Positions 27,831 through 40,300 of a DNA stretch of 64,000 bases are shown here, in pieces. A program made the position numbers and the translations under genes. The DNA comes from Lama glama. Taxonomy: Eukaryota. Location: NCBI GenBank assembly GCA_028534125.1, contig CM052850.1, positions 5,084,001-5,148,000 of the forward strand, in the 5' to 3' direction. The notes beneath the pieces were generated by a model that ran no database searches, was not told where the DNA came from, and saw only the letters and a list, made by a program, of their open reading frames with translations. Numbering within the stretch: position 1 is the first letter of the stretch; each line of letters opens with the position of its first letter.

Positions 27831-30724
27831 TTACCAATTAGTGCAAGATGTAAACAATAATTGTTGTCCCTCTTATCACTGGCAGGAAGAAGCAATTTGG
27901 GTGACAGTGATTTGAAACCTATGAAGTACTATGAAAATGTGAAATTTTATTACTGCATATAGTGTTGGGTGAAATCTAAAGAGCTCAGTAGAAAGAGAAG
28001 CGAACAAGAAATCAGGAAAGGCAGCTCCTAATGCTCCTTTGGCCACCTATCTGCAGTGTGACCTTAGGACATTCTCTCTGAGCCTCCTGCTTTCTCACAT
28101 GTAAATGACGCACTTTGATTAGATTGCCTTGAAGCTCCATCCCAGCTCTGAAATTCTATATTCCACAGTGTCATCAGAGCAAATAAGTTATGTGACAAAT
28201 CTTACATGGTTCTTAGAATAAACTAGACGGTTAATATGGTACCACATATACCGATGGCCAAAGTCCATCTCTGAAGTGGAGAAAAGTTAATCCCAACTCC
28301 AGCAATCAGGAAGAGTAATCTGGGGGGATTCAATGAAAAAGCAACTACAACACACCTTGTCTTTTCGGTAGAAGATGACAACTTATCCGGATAATGGCAA
28401 TATTGAACTAGTCAGAAAATAGATCAGATGATGCCCCGGCAGCTGTATACTTAGGCAGGAAATGCGAGCCCCCTTAACATTTTTTTTGGATGTGTTTTTG
28501 GATAGTAACGTGCTGGCAGCTCTCCCAAACAGCTTGTGGGGCTCTTTGCTTTCTCCCTTCCTAACGTATGGAGAACCTGCTGTGTGCTAGCTGTGCTGGT
28601 ACCCTGGGCTACAGACACAGCCTCTGTTCTCAAGGAGCTGACAGACTATTGGCTAGAGCATTTTAACTGCAGGGGATACTTCTACATCTTCAGCGTAGTC
28701 CTGTGTGGTGCTTATATTGTTTGTACTATTATTCTGTGAAAACATAGCTGTTTGTGTGTTCTCCCTCAGCCCTCCAGCGGCTTCTGGATGTTAAATATTA
28801 GCACCTCGTGTATGTTGTACCAGAAGGAAGAATCATCTGTTACTCTTTCACTTCCTAATGAGCCCTCAAACTAGTCTGCAGGCCAGTGAAAGATTCTTTT
28901 TCTTTCCAGAGGACTGATGAGTTCACATTTAGCTGCTTGGTCTTATTCTCCCCCAGGACTCAAAGTTTACTCTTCTTGTCCGCTTTCCTCCCTTACTGCC
29001 ACATGAACCAACATAACCAGAAACGATAACAAAAAGAAGACAGCGTGGTGTTGGCAGCATGTTGATGGATAAGACAAATATTTCTTTTGCAACTATAGCA
29101 ACTACTATTAAACGCCTTATCACTTACCTTTGAAGCTCTTTGGAAAAGTGAAAGCTATTTTGCATATAGGTGCTTAAAATCACCTAAATTACCTAAGATA
29201 CTTTCATCTCCCTCCAAGATTCTTCTTATAGGGATTTCTGCTATTTTTTCAGATATTGCTATAAATGAAGAATGAAGTATTGATAGATTTCTCCAAAACG
29301 CACTGATTTTCATATTCCCCGAGAATGACAAGGATATTATGAAAGTGACAGTGGAAATATTTCTATAAAAATACTTAATCAAAAAAAAAAAACCCAACCT
29401 GATGTTTAAAGATACTTCCAATTATCTGGAAAATCGATACTAGATAATTGAGTGCTCATTCAACACTTTAGTAGATAAGCATGTATTAAGCGCCTAAAAG
29501 TGTTGCATTATGCAAAGTACTACAAACATAAAAGAGATTTAGAAATGGTTGCTGCTTTCAAGGAGATCAATTAAAAGTCGATAGCTTTGTCTCATATCAA
29601 TACTTAATATCTTACAGAACATTTTCCATACGTAACAATTCATTGCATCCCCAGATCAGCCCTGGTTTCACACTTCATAAACTTGAGATTTCTTGTTGCT
29701 CACTGTTACTGGGCAAGCAGAATGTTCATTTTGATAATATTTGTATGTCTCCATTATTCCTGGTTTAGAATAATTTACAAATTGTCTCATTGGAAATTCA
29801 AGTTTTTCCACCTTCTCACCTTTAAGTCCTTGTTCCTCTTCTGTGGAGATTCCCCCTGAGGGAGGCGGGCCTAAAATGACTTCAAATTCCCTGTGACTGC
29901 CCTTAAGATCACAGTGGATCTCTACTACATACCTGAGGTGGGAAACTGGTTTTTGAATTCCTTTCCCACCAAAGCCTTTAGGCCATAATCTCAGAAATGC
30001 ATTCCTACTTCATTTTTTCTTTATTCCATTCCTGATCATTCCTTCTGTTATTCTATGCTATCTTGGACTACGGTTTCCATCAAAAAATAGAAACAGAATT
30101 TAGCAATCTAGAGACTCTGCCCAATGCCTTCACTTTATGGGGGAGGAACCAACTCCACAGCCAGGAGGATTGTCAAAGCCACACAAATAGGTGGCAGAGC
30201 TGGGCTTGCAACTCAGAGACTGTATACTCTTTGCCCAGATGTAAGACATCATACTGTCTTTAAAAGCTACCTATCAAATGAAACATTCTTCCCAAGATAG
30301 CATTCTCTTACATTGCTAGTGTATGAATATCTGGCTGCTGTTGCAACAGAGATCTACCCAGTTTCATAACACTTCACAGATTATAGTGTCATGTTCTCAG
30401 TTTTTCCATAGTGTACCTGTTCACCTCGGTACATCATTGAATCAATTGTTGAGCTTCTACTGTGTGCCAGGCATAATATAGGTGTCAGGAACAGGAAAAC
30501 TACCAGGTCTGGGGCTGACTTTAATTGGAAGTTTTCTTTGAATTTGTGTAGGATCATTTAACATTGGATTACTAGTAACTGTACAGTTTTAGTACAAATG
30601 CTCCTGTAAGTGGGAGAAAATGACTAACAAGCATTGAATCCTAATAAGATGTTGAAGGCAGACATCAAAGTTTTTAAGCATTTAGGATTCCTCACATCCA
30701 GAAGACCCCCCGCTCCTAGCTATT

Positions 30725-30985
30725 TATTTATACATTTGTTTTACTGAGGAATAGTTGATTTACGCTGTTATGTTAGTTTCAAGTGTACAGCAGAGATTCG
30801 ATATTTTTATATATTACACACCATTTAAAGTTATAAAATATTGGCGGTCTTCCCTGTGCTGTACATTACCTTCTTGGGTGTGATTTATTTTATACCTAGT
30901 AGTTTGTACCCCTTAATCCCCTTCCCCTATTTTACTCCTCCCTGCCTCGCCCTCGCCACTGTTAACCACTAGTTTGTTCTCTGTA
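30725..30985 (-). mobile_element. L1 3' end abutting the CpG island
   Basis: tagttgatttac...ttagtttcaagtgtacagc...taaccactagtttgttctctgt. Confidence 0.8.
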
Positions 30986-31224
30986 CAAGAACCACCAAGT
31001 GTGGTTTCAAAGTCTCCCGAATTTGCTACAAAAAGTCCCAAAGGTTAATCTCGGGGACTCTCTTTTTCACCTGTTTTTCTCCACCCCCAGCCCCGTCCCC
31101 CGAGGCGGGCTCCAGGTCCAGCGGCGCCCGGGAGAAGCGCAGCGCCCGGCTGGTGGGGCAGGCCCGAGGCGCGGTCGTCTGGCGTCCGCGGGCCGCGTGG
31201 CCGGGCGCCCTCCCGCTGTCCCGC

Positions 31225-31254
31225 GGGGCGGGGCGGGGCGGGCCGGGGCGGGGC
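31225..31254 (+). promoter_or_regulatory. Stacked GC boxes (Sp/KLF) (GGGGC)3-GGGCC-(GGGGC)2
   Basis: Five GGGCG cores 60-90 bp upstream of the ATG. Confidence 0.8.
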
Positions 31255-31313
31255 GCGGCCGGCTCTTCCTGCTGTGCTCGGACTGCCCCCTCTGGTGACC
31301 CTTGAGTGGGGCT

Positions 31314-31372
31314 ATGGCGGCTATGGCGGCGGTGGTGTGGGGACGGTGCTGGCCTCGGGCGTGGCTCTGCAG
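31314..31372 (+). CDS. CRYZL2: CRYZL2 coding exon 1 ([19 protein letters not shown]), phase-2 end
   Basis: ATG in good Kozak context (GCTATGG) inside the CpG island; donor CAG|gtgcga; frame joins exon 2 across an 82-nt intron. Confidence 0.85.
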
Positions 31373-34300
31373 GTGCGACCCTGACTCACCCCCGGGCCCC
31401 CACAGGCGACCCCCGGTTCGCCCCCAGTAACCCGACCCTTGTTCCGCGTTGCAGGAGGGCTGGGCAGGACTGCGGCCGGCACTACCGCGCCGTGCTGTGC
31501 GCCGAGTTGAAGCAGCCCCTGGCCATTGAGGAGGTCGACCCCCGCCCTGTCCGGCCGCACGAGGTAGGGTGACTGGCCTGGCCCCGGGACCCCTGGACTT
31601 CCCCTTCACTGTCCCCGCGGCCACCAGCCACAACCCGCCGGCTCCGTCCCGGGTCGAGTTCCCAAGTGCTCGGCTAGGGGGCGCCCGCGAGACTGGAGCC
31701 CAACTTCTAGCTGGACTTCCAGAAGGGCCGTTTCCTGGGTCACAAAAAGACCAGAGTTCTAAACGAAGATTGTTCCTCAAAACACATGTAGGCATTTTTC
31801 TGAAGACCTTAGAGCTGTTGCCTTAGAAACTGACAGTTTGATTTGCACACTGCTTTGCATAATCACCTGCACGTTATTGATTTAACACAGATAAATGGAC
31901 CCCATCCTTTGCTTCCTCTGAAAAGTGTGAACATCTAATTATCCACCCCCACCTCCTCCCCCCAGCCAGCCCTCTAACGCCCTTAATTTCCATGATAACG
32001 TGCCCTCCTCTGGTGTACTGCAGTAATTTGGGGTGGGTGGGGCTAGTTTAGGGTTGTGGGCATTTCCCCACAGATGGAGTGGTGGGAAATGTGGGAGTCA
32101 CTTTGGCTTTGCCTGTTGACCCCCCAGTAACACTGTCATCTGGCGTGGATAATGAGAACCTCTGACAAAGTGAAGCAGGCAGTGAGGCTCAGGGTTGGGA
32201 ACCACTGGTGAGGGGGAGGAATGTGGCTGCAGCCCTGAAGTGTCACCAACACAGACCCTGCGGCTCAATGGATTATTTGGGTGAGCATCTACTTCCTGGG
32301 ATTCACATGCTGAAAGACGTTCACCCTAAATCACGGTGGAGTGGCTTTAGAGTTTATATGGGCTGCACACATCAACAGCTGTGTCATGCACACCACGTGC
32401 ATAGGCTTGAGGGCTGGGATCTTTTGTTCTGTTATTTGTCCAAACTCTGTTTTGTCAAGAATTAGCTCATGAGAGCTGGGCCTACGTGCGTTGACCCACC
32501 GTAAAATCCCCATAGTCTGGAATGGTGCCTGGCCTGTGGCGGATGCTTAAAACATTGTTGAATGAATGTGTTTTGCCCATAAAATGTCTTCTCACCAATA
32601 TGGCCACCTCTGTACTAAATTGGAAATGTAAACAAACAAACAAAGAGCTCTCACCAATTCTGTCTCAGCCTTCATATCCTCCTGTGATTCCAAGCCCTGT
32701 TGAGTTGTGTTGGTCTTTGATAGTTCTCTGACGTCAGGCTGCATCACAGTCACCAAGGGCTTGTTCAAACAAGCTTCGTCCCCAGAGTTTCTGATTCAGT
32801 AGGTTGGGGGTTGAGAATTTGAACGTCTAACAAGTTGCCAAGTGACACTGAAGCTGGTGTTCTGGGGACCACACTTTGAGAACTACTGCCTAATAAAACT
32901 TAGAGAAACTCCTGCAGGCCTGCCTCCGATCTAGTTTTGTTATGAAACCCAGAAACTGGGGACTCTAGAACTAGCTTGTAGGATTCCTGATTCTCCAAAC
33001 AATTGATCATGTTACCCTCTGCTTAAAATCTCTTAATGGCTTCCAGTATTCCTGCTATGAACACTAAGATCCATAATAAAGCTTACAAAACCTTCGATGG
33101 TGTGGGTCTTGCTCTCTCTAGCCCATCTTTTTCTCCTCCTTGTCCTCAAAGCACACTGGTTTTTCTTTTGTCCCCACCACGGGGCCTTTGCACATGCCAT
33201 TGCTTTTGTCTGTGCCAGGCTTTCCTCCCCACTACCCCCAGTTTTTAATAATTAACTCTTAGCTGTTCTTAGTTCGAGTGTTACTTTCTCAGGAATTTCT
33301 CCTGACTTCCCCAAAGGGTCAAATCTCCCCCCCCCATTATGCGCTTATATAGCACTGTACATTTGTATCTTTAACATTTTGTGTAGGAATTGTAATTTAA
33401 CACATAAATCTTCATAATTAGTTTGGTTAATGCCTGTCTTCTCTACTATATTCTTAGCTTCATGAGAGCAGGAACCTTGTCCATTTTGCTTCAAGAATGT
33501 GCACTGGTAGGTAGTTCCGTACCTGCTATATAGTAGGCGTTCAGCAAATATTTTGGTATAACTGAATGAACTTTGTCTCCACAAATGTGTACTGCTCTGC
33601 CTTGTTGCTCTGTTTCCTTTGCAGGTCAGAGTTGATGTCCATTTCTGTGGAATTAACTTTGCGGATATTTTGGTCTGTCATGGTCAATATCAGAAAAGGC
33701 CCCAACTTCCCTTCACACCTGGTGAGTAGGAAGGGCGGCCGAGGGACTGCTTCAGGAAAAGAGGGTCTAGAGAGTTTTCAGAACCATGTGCTTCATCTCG
33801 GGCGCTATGATAGTGGTGTTTGCCCGCTGCCTGTGGTGTCTCAGCTACGTCAACCTCACTGCTAATTAGAATCACTAAGTTGCAAGTGCTGTGAGCGAAG
33901 GTTCTGTGACTGCCTTGCTCAGCCTTATTCCCCTACCCGCCCTCCGTTAGCACTATTGTATCTGGCTCGTAGTAGATGTTTAATAAGTACTTGATTGATT
34001 GATTGAAATGTAGTTGATGAACAGTGTTATGTTAGTTTCAGGTGTACTACATAGTGATTTGACATTTGCATCCATTATGAGATGATCACCACGATAAGGC
34101 CAGTAACCATGTGTTCCCATACGAAATTATCACAATATTATTGACCATATTCCTTATGCTGTGTATTACATCCCTGTGGCTTATTTATTTTATGACTGGA
34201 GTTTTGTACCTCTTAATCCCCTTCACCTATTTCACCCACCCCTCAATAAATACTTTAAAAATGAATAAATGAACAGATAAAATTTTGTATATCATTATGT

Positions 34301-37300
34301 TCGCCAGAATTCTGTTCAGAATCATCACTGGCCCAGGTCATTCCCTTTCATTCGTTGACAGTGCCTCAATTTTGTTTTTTCACTGAAGGATCATAAACAT
34401 CTTGCTGCAGCTAAAACTCTCAGTCTCATGAATGCGTGCCCCAAGAAACCTGGTACCAAAGGATCAGAAAGAAGAAAAAGAGTTTATACATTTCTTATCT
34501 GATTTGCATTATGCCCAATCTGATTACATTTAGTTCCTGAATCTGTGGACCAATGACTGATTTTTGTTGTTGACATTTATTAAAAGAGAAGTAAGTATAG
34601 TTTAACACGTATACAGTACATGTATATTTTATACAGATATACACTGTGTAGGGCACAGTGGTTGCAGAACAGTTGCTGTGTTTTGGCCTTAGGGTATTTG
34701 GTTATGACTCAGCACTGGGAGCCACTTCCCTCAGTTTGTATTTGCTGTAATGCTGGATGGGGGGAAGGTGGTGTCATACTCAACGGACTTACTCTTCCGG
34801 CAGCTCAAGTGGAAAATATATGGTCATTAAATTAAGAAATTTTGGAAGTGGAAGAGCAAAGGGCAGACAACACCAGTTCATCCAACTGAGCCAAGTGTCA
34901 TGTGAATAAATGTAGTTCATGTCCTTGTGGGCCTCAGAAGAGGAGACATGGAAACAAATAAATATAATACAATGAATGCTGTCATTGAGGTGAGGTAGGA
35001 GCCCAAGGCCCCAGTGGTCAAGGTCAAAAGCACTTGTATATCTGTGATTCTCTATGCTTTTGCCAGCTCTTGGAATTTTCATTTGTGTCACAGTAAGAAT
35101 GAGCCTGCCATAGCTTTTCAGATTGTGACTGTGAAATCTTAGATCACTTTCCTGTGCCTTGAGGGACAACACTCTTCCATCCCTCCCCTGGGTGGGAGGA
35201 ACACAGACCCTCTCAGCTCCAGAAAACTCATAGGATTGTCTGTTGATCAGGGTCTTCTCATTTCCCTGGTGCTGGGCTTTACAGATAACCTAGTTTTTAA
35301 ATAATTCGTTGCAGGAGTGGAGTTTGCTGGGATGGTATTGGAGACAGGCACGGATGTCAGCACGGTGAAAGAGGTGAATAAGTTGAAATCTAGGGAATTG
35401 ATGTATGGCCAGCTATGAGAAATGTGCTAACCTCATTTGTAGCCAGAGTTCTTGCTTCTCCTGGCCTTTGCCAGCAGACATCAAAGGGAAATCAAGGTGG
35501 AGCGGGAAGAAACTAATTCTGAATCGGGGGAAAGTAGGCTGTGGAAGTTCCTGGCTTCGTCAAACGTTTTATTACTAATAAAAGGCAGCACCTGGGTTTT
35601 TAGTTACTGAGAAGATAGAGAATTCTCAAGTTTCAGCTTCTTGTGAAAGAAATTAATACCAATATTCTAATTCTTATCAGCCTTTTCCTTACCCCATCTT
35701 ATCCTGGTCCAAAATGTGCTCAAATTGGCTTGGCAGCCGGGTGGGGGTATTGAGAAAATGGCTGAAATTATTTACTAAACATTAACACTGAATAGTTAAT
35801 TAAGGGAAACCTGTGTCTTACTAGGTCAGAAAGGAGGATTTTCTTTCTTTTTTGGATTAATTCGGGAAGGGGTAAGTGGCAAGGCCATTCATTTGAACAT
35901 TGCTGGTGTTTTCCCTTCAGGGAGATCGAGTTATTGGCATAAGTGGCTTTAATGGTATGGCTGAAGAATGCGTTGTTGACCACAAGGTAGCCCTATCTCT
36001 TTAATATAAGTGCTTTGAGATTTTTTTTTTCTTCTTTCTTTTCTTTAATTTCCATCTGTCCTTCATTCCTTCTTCTTTCCCTCTCTTTGTATTCTTTTGG
36101 TTTTATCTTGTTTCTCAGCCAAGCACTTCTTTCTTTCAAATGCTCAATCCCTTTTTTTCTGTCCGTCAGACAGCCCTTGCACAAAGCTTTGTTTGTGTAG
36201 AGTGGTTTCGTGAAGCAAGGCATTTTGTTTTCCGAGTCCCAGAGCAACTGGCTGGCTGTCCCACTGGACCACAGTTTGGTAGTTTTGGTAGAAAAACGGG
36301 TTTGGGGGCTTTGAGCTGGGTGTAATGGGTTTCTCCCCCACACCAAGCTTGTGAAAGAGGGAGCCCTGGGAAGGGAGCCAGCCAGGGCGGTGGGGGCATG
36401 TGGTTGTGCGAGGTGTGAGTAGTGCCCCCTGGTGGTGAACAGTACACTCTTTCTCCCAACAGCTTCATCTGAGGTAAAATTTTTGTCCCATTCAGTTCAC
36501 TCGTTGTAGTACAGTGGCCTGTGTTACATCCTCCGTAAGCTGGTTCCTTCCTGATCCGGATACCAGCCTTAGGATTTTTGAAGATGGTTGCCCCCAGGTC
36601 TTGAACTTGGCCACAGCTTGCTTGGCCTTGACTTCCGCTGTGCTTGGTTCCTGACGTGTGTTGCCCTTTGCAAATCAAATCATCATAGGTACTGGGCAGC
36701 CTGAATGAACAGGTACAGGTGCTTAATGCCTAAGTCGCTGTTATGTCTTTAATAGGCACTGTGGCAGATTCCAGAAGGTGTCCCCCTTCGAGAAGCGGCG
36801 GCCCTGCCTGTATCTTACGGCACTGCTATCCTGGCCTTGGAGCATCGGGCCCGGACCCAGCCTGGGTGAGGACTGTGCAGACAACAGAGGGCTGGGTGGT
36901 ACCTTCTCTGATACCAGAAATGCCCACCAGCCCTTGCCCTTCCCCTCCCCTCCCCTGACCTTCACCTTGTGTTCAGGCTGTCTGAGGAAAGGCCAAAGGA
37001 AGGTAGTGACCCAAGACTGGAGTCTGGTGACAGAGGGGATATCCTTTTGTCTGAGAGGGATGGTAGACTGTGAATTGGCCAATATGAATTTGAAGAAATC
37101 TCTCTCTCAAATCAGGCCCCTCTGGAGATCACCTCCTAGAAAGCCCTAACTTTTAGAGGGTCGGTTTATGTAAACTCACTTCAGTCCGGCTTTGATGGAG
37201 GCCTGTGGTGTTTGCTCCTGTGAGGTTTGGTCGGGTGTGCCTACCTGTGGTATTTCAAATTCAGGTGCTGAATTTCCCGCTTTTCCCTGGAGCATAGAGT

Positions 37301-40300
37301 ACAGCTTCTTGCTCTTTTCATAGAGCCTCGGGATTGCTCCAGAGCGATGGGCGTAGTTGAGCTGTGGCTGTTACATGATCATCACCTTCTAAAATTTGCC
37401 TGTGTTTAGTGAAAACAATTTTAAGACAGAACTCGCAAAGTAAAAATTGGAGGGGTAGCCCCAAGGAAGGCTGCCACTGGCATGAGTAAGAGGCTACGCA
37501 GAGGGATCAAGGGATCTTTTACCTGTGAAGACTTCAAGACTGGACCAAACCAGCACTGATTTAGCAACCACATACATAATCCAGCCCAGGAGGCCAGAGG
37601 GTGGATGTATACGTGTCCATGTACACGAGGGGTTGAATGCAGGAGCCTGTCAGTTCTCTTTTTGCTTTAAAATTGTTCATGGAATCACATTGCTGGATAA
37701 TTTTTGGTTTCTTGGATAACACTCCTCTTTCTTGGGCACAGAGAAACCGTCTTAGTGACAGCAGCAGCTGGAGCCACAGGCCTTGCTGTGATAGACGTGG
37801 CAACAAACATTCTTCAGGCCAAGGTACTTGTGTGTTCGATTCTCCATTTAAAAATATCACAGTCCAATCTGACATATGTGTCATTTAATGTACAGGAGCC
37901 AAACTGCAATAAAGGTGTTAAAAAAGTAAAAAGATGCTTTTGCACGAAAAAAAATCACAGTATTTATTAAAAATCACAGCATATATATTCATTTATTTGT
38001 TAAAAATCACGTGCAAGGCACTGGGGATATAAAGGAACCTGGGCTAGGGGCTTGCCATCTGTCTGCTTGCAGCCCAGGGAGGGGGCTGAGGAGTAAACCA
38101 CTGGTCCTTCTGGTTCCCAGGAACTTAGCGAGGTTCCACTCACTTCTCAGCTTCTGCAGACCCTATTCCCTCTCCCTCCCCTCTCAGCTCTCTCCCCTGC
38201 AGTTCAAATTCAAAGTCAGATGTTTGCCTTTTCAGGGAAGTATTCTTTGTCCTTCAGGAGAAGTTCCCTCTGCCCCCGACTGTTTGTATGTGGTCTCAGA
38301 GCATCCTGTACTTCTCTTTCATAGTGTGTGGTTAGTCCTTTACTTGTGTCCTTATTGGATCAATGTCTGCTTCACCCTGCACTTTAACCCCCATGAAGGC
38401 AGGAATAGTGTCTGGTCGGTTCATTATTATAGTCCTAGCACCTAGCATGGTACCTTGACCATAGTAAGCACTCAATAAGTATTTCCTGAATGAGTGAATG
38501 AATACATAAAAGAAGAACCCAGCCCTTTACAGGGGCATCTCTTTGAGGCTGTGGGCATCAGAGAAGGAGGATTTCTTAGAGAAGGTAGACATTTAAGCTG
38601 ACTTTGCAGGACTGGTCGCAGCTGAATAGAGGAAGAAGGGACAGGAAGGGTGATTCAGTGATGGGTGGACATAGTAGAAGACAGAGACCTGGGTACCAAC
38701 CTGATGCATTCAGGGAATTACAAATAGCATCTCTGGAGCAACGGCACAGGATTGAGGGGTGGGAGTGGTAGAGGGTGACTCCAGAGTGGTGGGCGGAGAC
38801 AAGATCATGAGGGACTGCAGAATTTGAACATTTCTCGGAAGCTATCAGGAGCTACTGAGGGTTTTAAGTAGAGAAGTGACATGATCATCTTTGCGTTTTG
38901 CAGAGTTCCCTCTGTTGGCAGCGGGCATGAGGGATGGGGCAAGGTCCAGGGCTATCTGGACGCAGTAGGGCAGACTCTTGGAGCAACCCAAGCCAGAGGT
39001 GATGGCACTTGAGCCCAGGCCCTGCAGGCGATGAGTGGAGAGAGACAAAGTAGAAGAAAATAGAGAATTTGGTGACTGGATAGCATCCTAAGAGAAGCTG
39101 AAGGAACAGGGACGTTGGAGTTAGCCTTATCTACGTTCAGATTCCAGCTCTGTCTCTAGCTTAATAGTTTCAGTTTCCTCGTTTGTACAACAATGCTCTT
39201 CTCATAGGGCGGTTGTGGGAATCCAGTGCTTGCTGGAGGGCATGGCATGTGCTGGAGGATGCTTTAAAAGTGGTCCCTGTTATTATTCGACATTGAGGGG
39301 AAGGCGCCGACCAGGCTCACTGGGGGACTGGCCATTTGTTGGGACTGGGAACCCAGGAGGAGACGGTGAGTTCAGCTTTGGACGTGGCGAGTGTGAGGCT
39401 CCTGTGGAGTCCCAGCTGGGATATCCAGAGGCGCGGAGACACTGCGCAGATTTGGTGGGAGTTGGGCTGATCTGGAATTGCCTCAGGTGGCATCACTCCT
39501 TCCTCACATTGACTTTCTTTGGGGAAGGGCCTGTGAGTTCTGAAAGCAAGAGACTCCTTGTGAAACATTAATGTATTTCAACTCAAAAGTAAGGGCTTTT
39601 AGCACCTCTCTTAGCAGGGGAGACCAAAACTAGTCTCATTGTGTAGAACCATTGACTATTTAACATTTCTGGGAAGGTAAAATCGTGCCATTTGTTTTAA
39701 ATAGCTATGGGAAGTTAGGCAGAGAGAAAAATTCACTTCAATTCAGATAATAAAATTAATCCAAGCTGTATTTTCTTTAGCAGCAGTAATGGTTTTAAGC
39801 AAAAGCAAACAAGGAAAAAAAATAATAATGTCATCACGCCACCTACTTGGAACAGGTCATTTTGAGAACACGTCCCATTCACAGCATCTCGTCCTGCTTA
39901 CAGAGCGCCTCTGCAGCAATCACCTCACCCTTGGCCCTCACATTACCCTGGGAGATGGGTAATGGAAGTGTTTATTACCCCTGTTTCACAGACAAAGAAA
40001 GTGAGGCATCAAGAGAGAAAATGGTTCACAGCAGGCCTGACCGGGACCCAGGGAAGCCTGGGTTGGAGGCTGGTGCCTGACCTAGTCTGGGGTGTCCTCA
40101 GAGGCTCTGTGTGCTGACAGCCCTCAGCGAAATGCAGCTGTGTGGGGGCTCCCCTGGGGAGTGTTTGATGGTAGTTGCAAATAGTTATGAGTGAGCTTAG
40201 ATTCTTTTGGGGACACGGATGTTCTTGGGTTTTTGACTGCAAGTTCTGAACATCACCTTGGGGCTAAAGTGCTTGGGCTGGTGGGCATCTCTAGGCAAAT

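Larger units (their letters stand above)
31050..31700. promoter_or_regulatory. CpG island / TATA-less promoter of CRYZL2
   Basis: Abrupt GC- and CpG-rich segment in an otherwise CpG-depleted window; spans exons 1-2. Confidence 0.92.

Noticed and set aside
31306-31572. ORF reading through intron 1 into exon 2
   Set aside because: It starts at GTG, not ATG; the spliced ATG-initiated exon 1 explains the N-terminus better
31067-31795. 242-aa antisense ORF over the promoter
   Set aside because: Low-complexity Arg/Gly/Pro/Ala product expected from a stop-poor CpG island; no recognisable domain
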